A stretch of DNA of 63,986 bases, counting the filler, from Lenisia limosa (lineage: Eukaryota > Protista > Breviatea): NCBI GenBank assembly GCA_001655205.1. It is 10 parts of 10 records of this genome, joined end to end, with 100 filler letters (N's around TTAATTAATTAA, not from the genome) between each part and the next. Parts side by side here need not be neighbours in the genome. Positions count along the whole stretch, not along the records: positions 59,790 to 62,883 come from LPNZ01008436.1; positions 62,984 to 63,986 come from LPNZ01002983.1; 8 more parts are not named here. The stretch is one strand, 5' to 3'. Made by a program: the position numbers and the translations under genes. Of the stretch, positions 61,902 through 63,986 are shown one piece after another (within the stretch, counting starts at the first letter, position 1; each line of letters opens with the position of its first letter). The notes under the pieces were generated by a model, which saw only the letters and a list, made by a program, of their open reading frames with translations, made no database searches and was not told the DNA's origin.

Positions 61902-62715
61902 ATGCTACTGTTTCTTTTCATGGCCTTGCTGGCCCCCTTCACTTTGGCTGAGAACGTTTTCCTCGAAGACAACTCGGCAATAATCGGTAGGGAGGGGGGG
62001 AGCTTCACTTCGGTTTTAAAAAGACTGAATTTCTCGATAAATCCTCGAAAACTATCGATATTTTACCGATCTTTTTCNNNNNNNNNNNNNNNNNNNNNNN
62101 NNNNNNNNNNNNNNNNNNNNNNNNNNNNNNNNNNNNNNNNNNNNNNNNNNNNNNNNNNNNNNNNNNNNNNNNNNNNNNNNNNNNNNNNNNNNNNNNNNNN
62201 NNNNACAAGATTGAAACATAAAGGGTGGGGTGGCTGATATTTATTGATTCCTTCGCAGGTGCTTTACAATTGCAGCTGTTTAATAGTACACCATGTTATT
62301 ATTGAAATTTATGTACAATTGGCTTAATTCATACGCAATGCACAGTTGTCTTATTAAAGATAGCATAATACTGACCTGTTTTTAATATAGCTATCATATG
62401 AAACCATTTTCACTCCTTTGTGCATATCTTTTAATTATCTACTAATTTGTGAATATCATATACTAGCTAATATACAATTTACCAATAGAAATGTACGATC
62501 GTCTTGTTTTTCATAATTTGATTTATGCAGATACAGTTGTCTGATTTTTACTAATAGTAGTAAACGCAATAGCTTGACGATCTTAGTTAAAGAGACTTCA
62601 CTGCCAAAAAGAATATTTTGCGCAATTATCCTGAATCTAATCACACAGATGATCTTGAAGTTTCATGTAACACTGTTGTCAAGGGCAAGGTCACTGCAGG
62701 GGGACAGAGACTCGA
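61902..62715 (+). CDS. Putative secreted protein with a signal-peptide first exon (61902-61986); truncated at a linker
   Basis: MLLFLFMALLAPFTLAENVFLEDNSAII G|GTAGG; later exon DDLEVSCNTVVKGKVTAGGQRLDFA. Confidence 0.55.
61998..62077. mobile_element. hAT-type MITE family A running into a gap
   Basis: AGCTTCACTTCGGTTTTAAAAAGACTGAATTTCTCGATAAATCCTCG... Confidence 0.8.
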
Positions 62716-62782
62716 TTTTGCCAGTACGCTGCATTGTGTTACTTATAGAAGTTTTATCCCAATATTCAGTCCTGATATACAG

Positions 62783-62879
62783 TAGAGCTTCACTTTCGGT
62801 TCCGAAACACGTGTAAAGTATCAATATTTATCGAGGATTTATCGAGAATTCTGTCTTTGGAACCAAAAGTGAAGCTCTA
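62783..62879. mobile_element. hAT-type MITE family A
   Basis: TAGAGCTTCACTTTCGG...AAAGTGAAGCTCTA; left flank ATATACAG, right flank ATAT then N. Confidence 0.82.
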
Positions 62880-63164
62880 ATATNNNNNNNNNNNNNNNNN
62901 NNNNNNNNNNNNNNNNNNNNNNNNNNNTTAATTAATTAANNNNNNNNNNNNNNNNNNNNNNNNNNNNNNNNNNNNNNNNNNNNTCATTGCTATATGTAGT
63001 AATGATATATACATGTATATGATTGAGAACACAAAAGGTCCTGACCCGGATATTTAGTTTTTGTTTATCACAATCGTCTCAGCACTTGTTGGGGTAAATA
63101 TGTGGGGTACACCTGTATGTACAACATTCAGTTTATTCTGGTGTCTAACCTCTGACTCATCTTG

Positions 63165-63870
63165 TCTAAGATCAAAGATCATCATATCATTTCACCACCA
63201 TACCACTTACGTCAGATGTATTCGCCCCTTTTTCTAAATACCCCCCGCCACACAACACACACACACATACGAACACACACACACACACGAACACACACAT
63301 ACATATACATACAATTTAGTCTCATTACCTTCCTAAATATCCCCGAGACACCATTTCTTCACATATATTTACTTGACCCCCTTACGCTGCAGATAAAAAT
63401 GGCACGCTTTACGACTATCATTTCACGCACAACCCTGAAAAGCTTTGGACACACGGAAACTGGGGATGGTAGGCTTAGAAATATCTCTTGCCAAGAGTAT
63501 AAGATACATACACTGACCACTCTAAGTCCTTCACGAATATTCAGCTTTATCTTTAGCCAATCATATCAGGACTAATCGCGGTCACTGTAGCTTCAGCAGA
63601 CTTGGGTCTAGACATTATATGTTGTGTCATCAGCCTAGCATATGATTTGACTTTTGGTTTTTCGCTTTCCAAAGTCTCACCCACCAACCCCCCTCCCCCA
63701 AGGAGCCAACACAAACACAGTTGATTTGGGGTTTTGTTTGTTTCATAAATTTTCTACTTTACCCCCCACCCCCCAGGCTACATGAGCATGGCCATAGTCT
63801 CGATGGTGGCAGCAGTGACCCCGAGTGCCCCCATGGCCGCATGCATATGAGCTGGTCAGACTCCGTTGAG
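63165..63870 (+). CDS. Internal exons of an unidentified protein
   Basis: AG/GT-bounded open segments (DKNGTLYDYHFTHNPEKLWTHGNWGW, LHEHGHSLDGGSSDPECPHGRMHMSWSDSVE). Confidence 0.4.
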
Positions 63871-63986
63871 GTTGGAGGTTGCATTATTTTGTGGGAGCAA
63901 ACTTTAATTTCTTATCCATTGAAACAAACTCTGCTTTTTAGAGCAAATATATACATGTAAATAGTAATGTGAAATGTTTCTGTAAG

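Overview
This is draft-assembly eukaryotic DNA with many N gaps and short GT-AG introns. It is made of about 10 contigs joined by nine artificial 100-bp linkers (44 N + TTAATTAATTAA + 44 N), so adjacency across linkers is not evidence of real synteny. Manual splicing supports these genes: a coiled-coil protein, an intron-containing tRNA-Glu(TTC), a Cys-rich secreted protein, a voltage-sensing phosphatase (VSP/TPTE), a PSTK-like kinase, a class-3 lipase, a membrane class III nucleotide cyclase lacking the catalytic Asn/Arg, a class I glutamine amidotransferase, a SAP30-like protein, RPL5, SPRTN, PSMC3/RPT5, an FHA protein, a membrane-anchored class I phosphodiesterase, an ankyrin-repeat protein and a head-to-head pair of secreted-protein genes. 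The gene set suggests a unicellular opisthokont, possibly an ichthyosporean-like holozoan; this is low-confidence inference. The non-coding DNA is the most unusual part. There are about 22 copies of a 100-bp palindromic hAT-type MITE with 8-bp target-site duplications and CpG decay, four Tc1-like MITEs, and a 1.4-kb TIR element with an orphan decayed ORF. Three non-palindromic intronic repeat families (B, C, D) lie almost only in the sense orientation of their host genes, and B and D often end in the poly-C tract at the 3' splice site, which is introner-like. Exon boundaries were read by eye and gene ends are approximate where stated. No CRISPR array or rRNA was seen.
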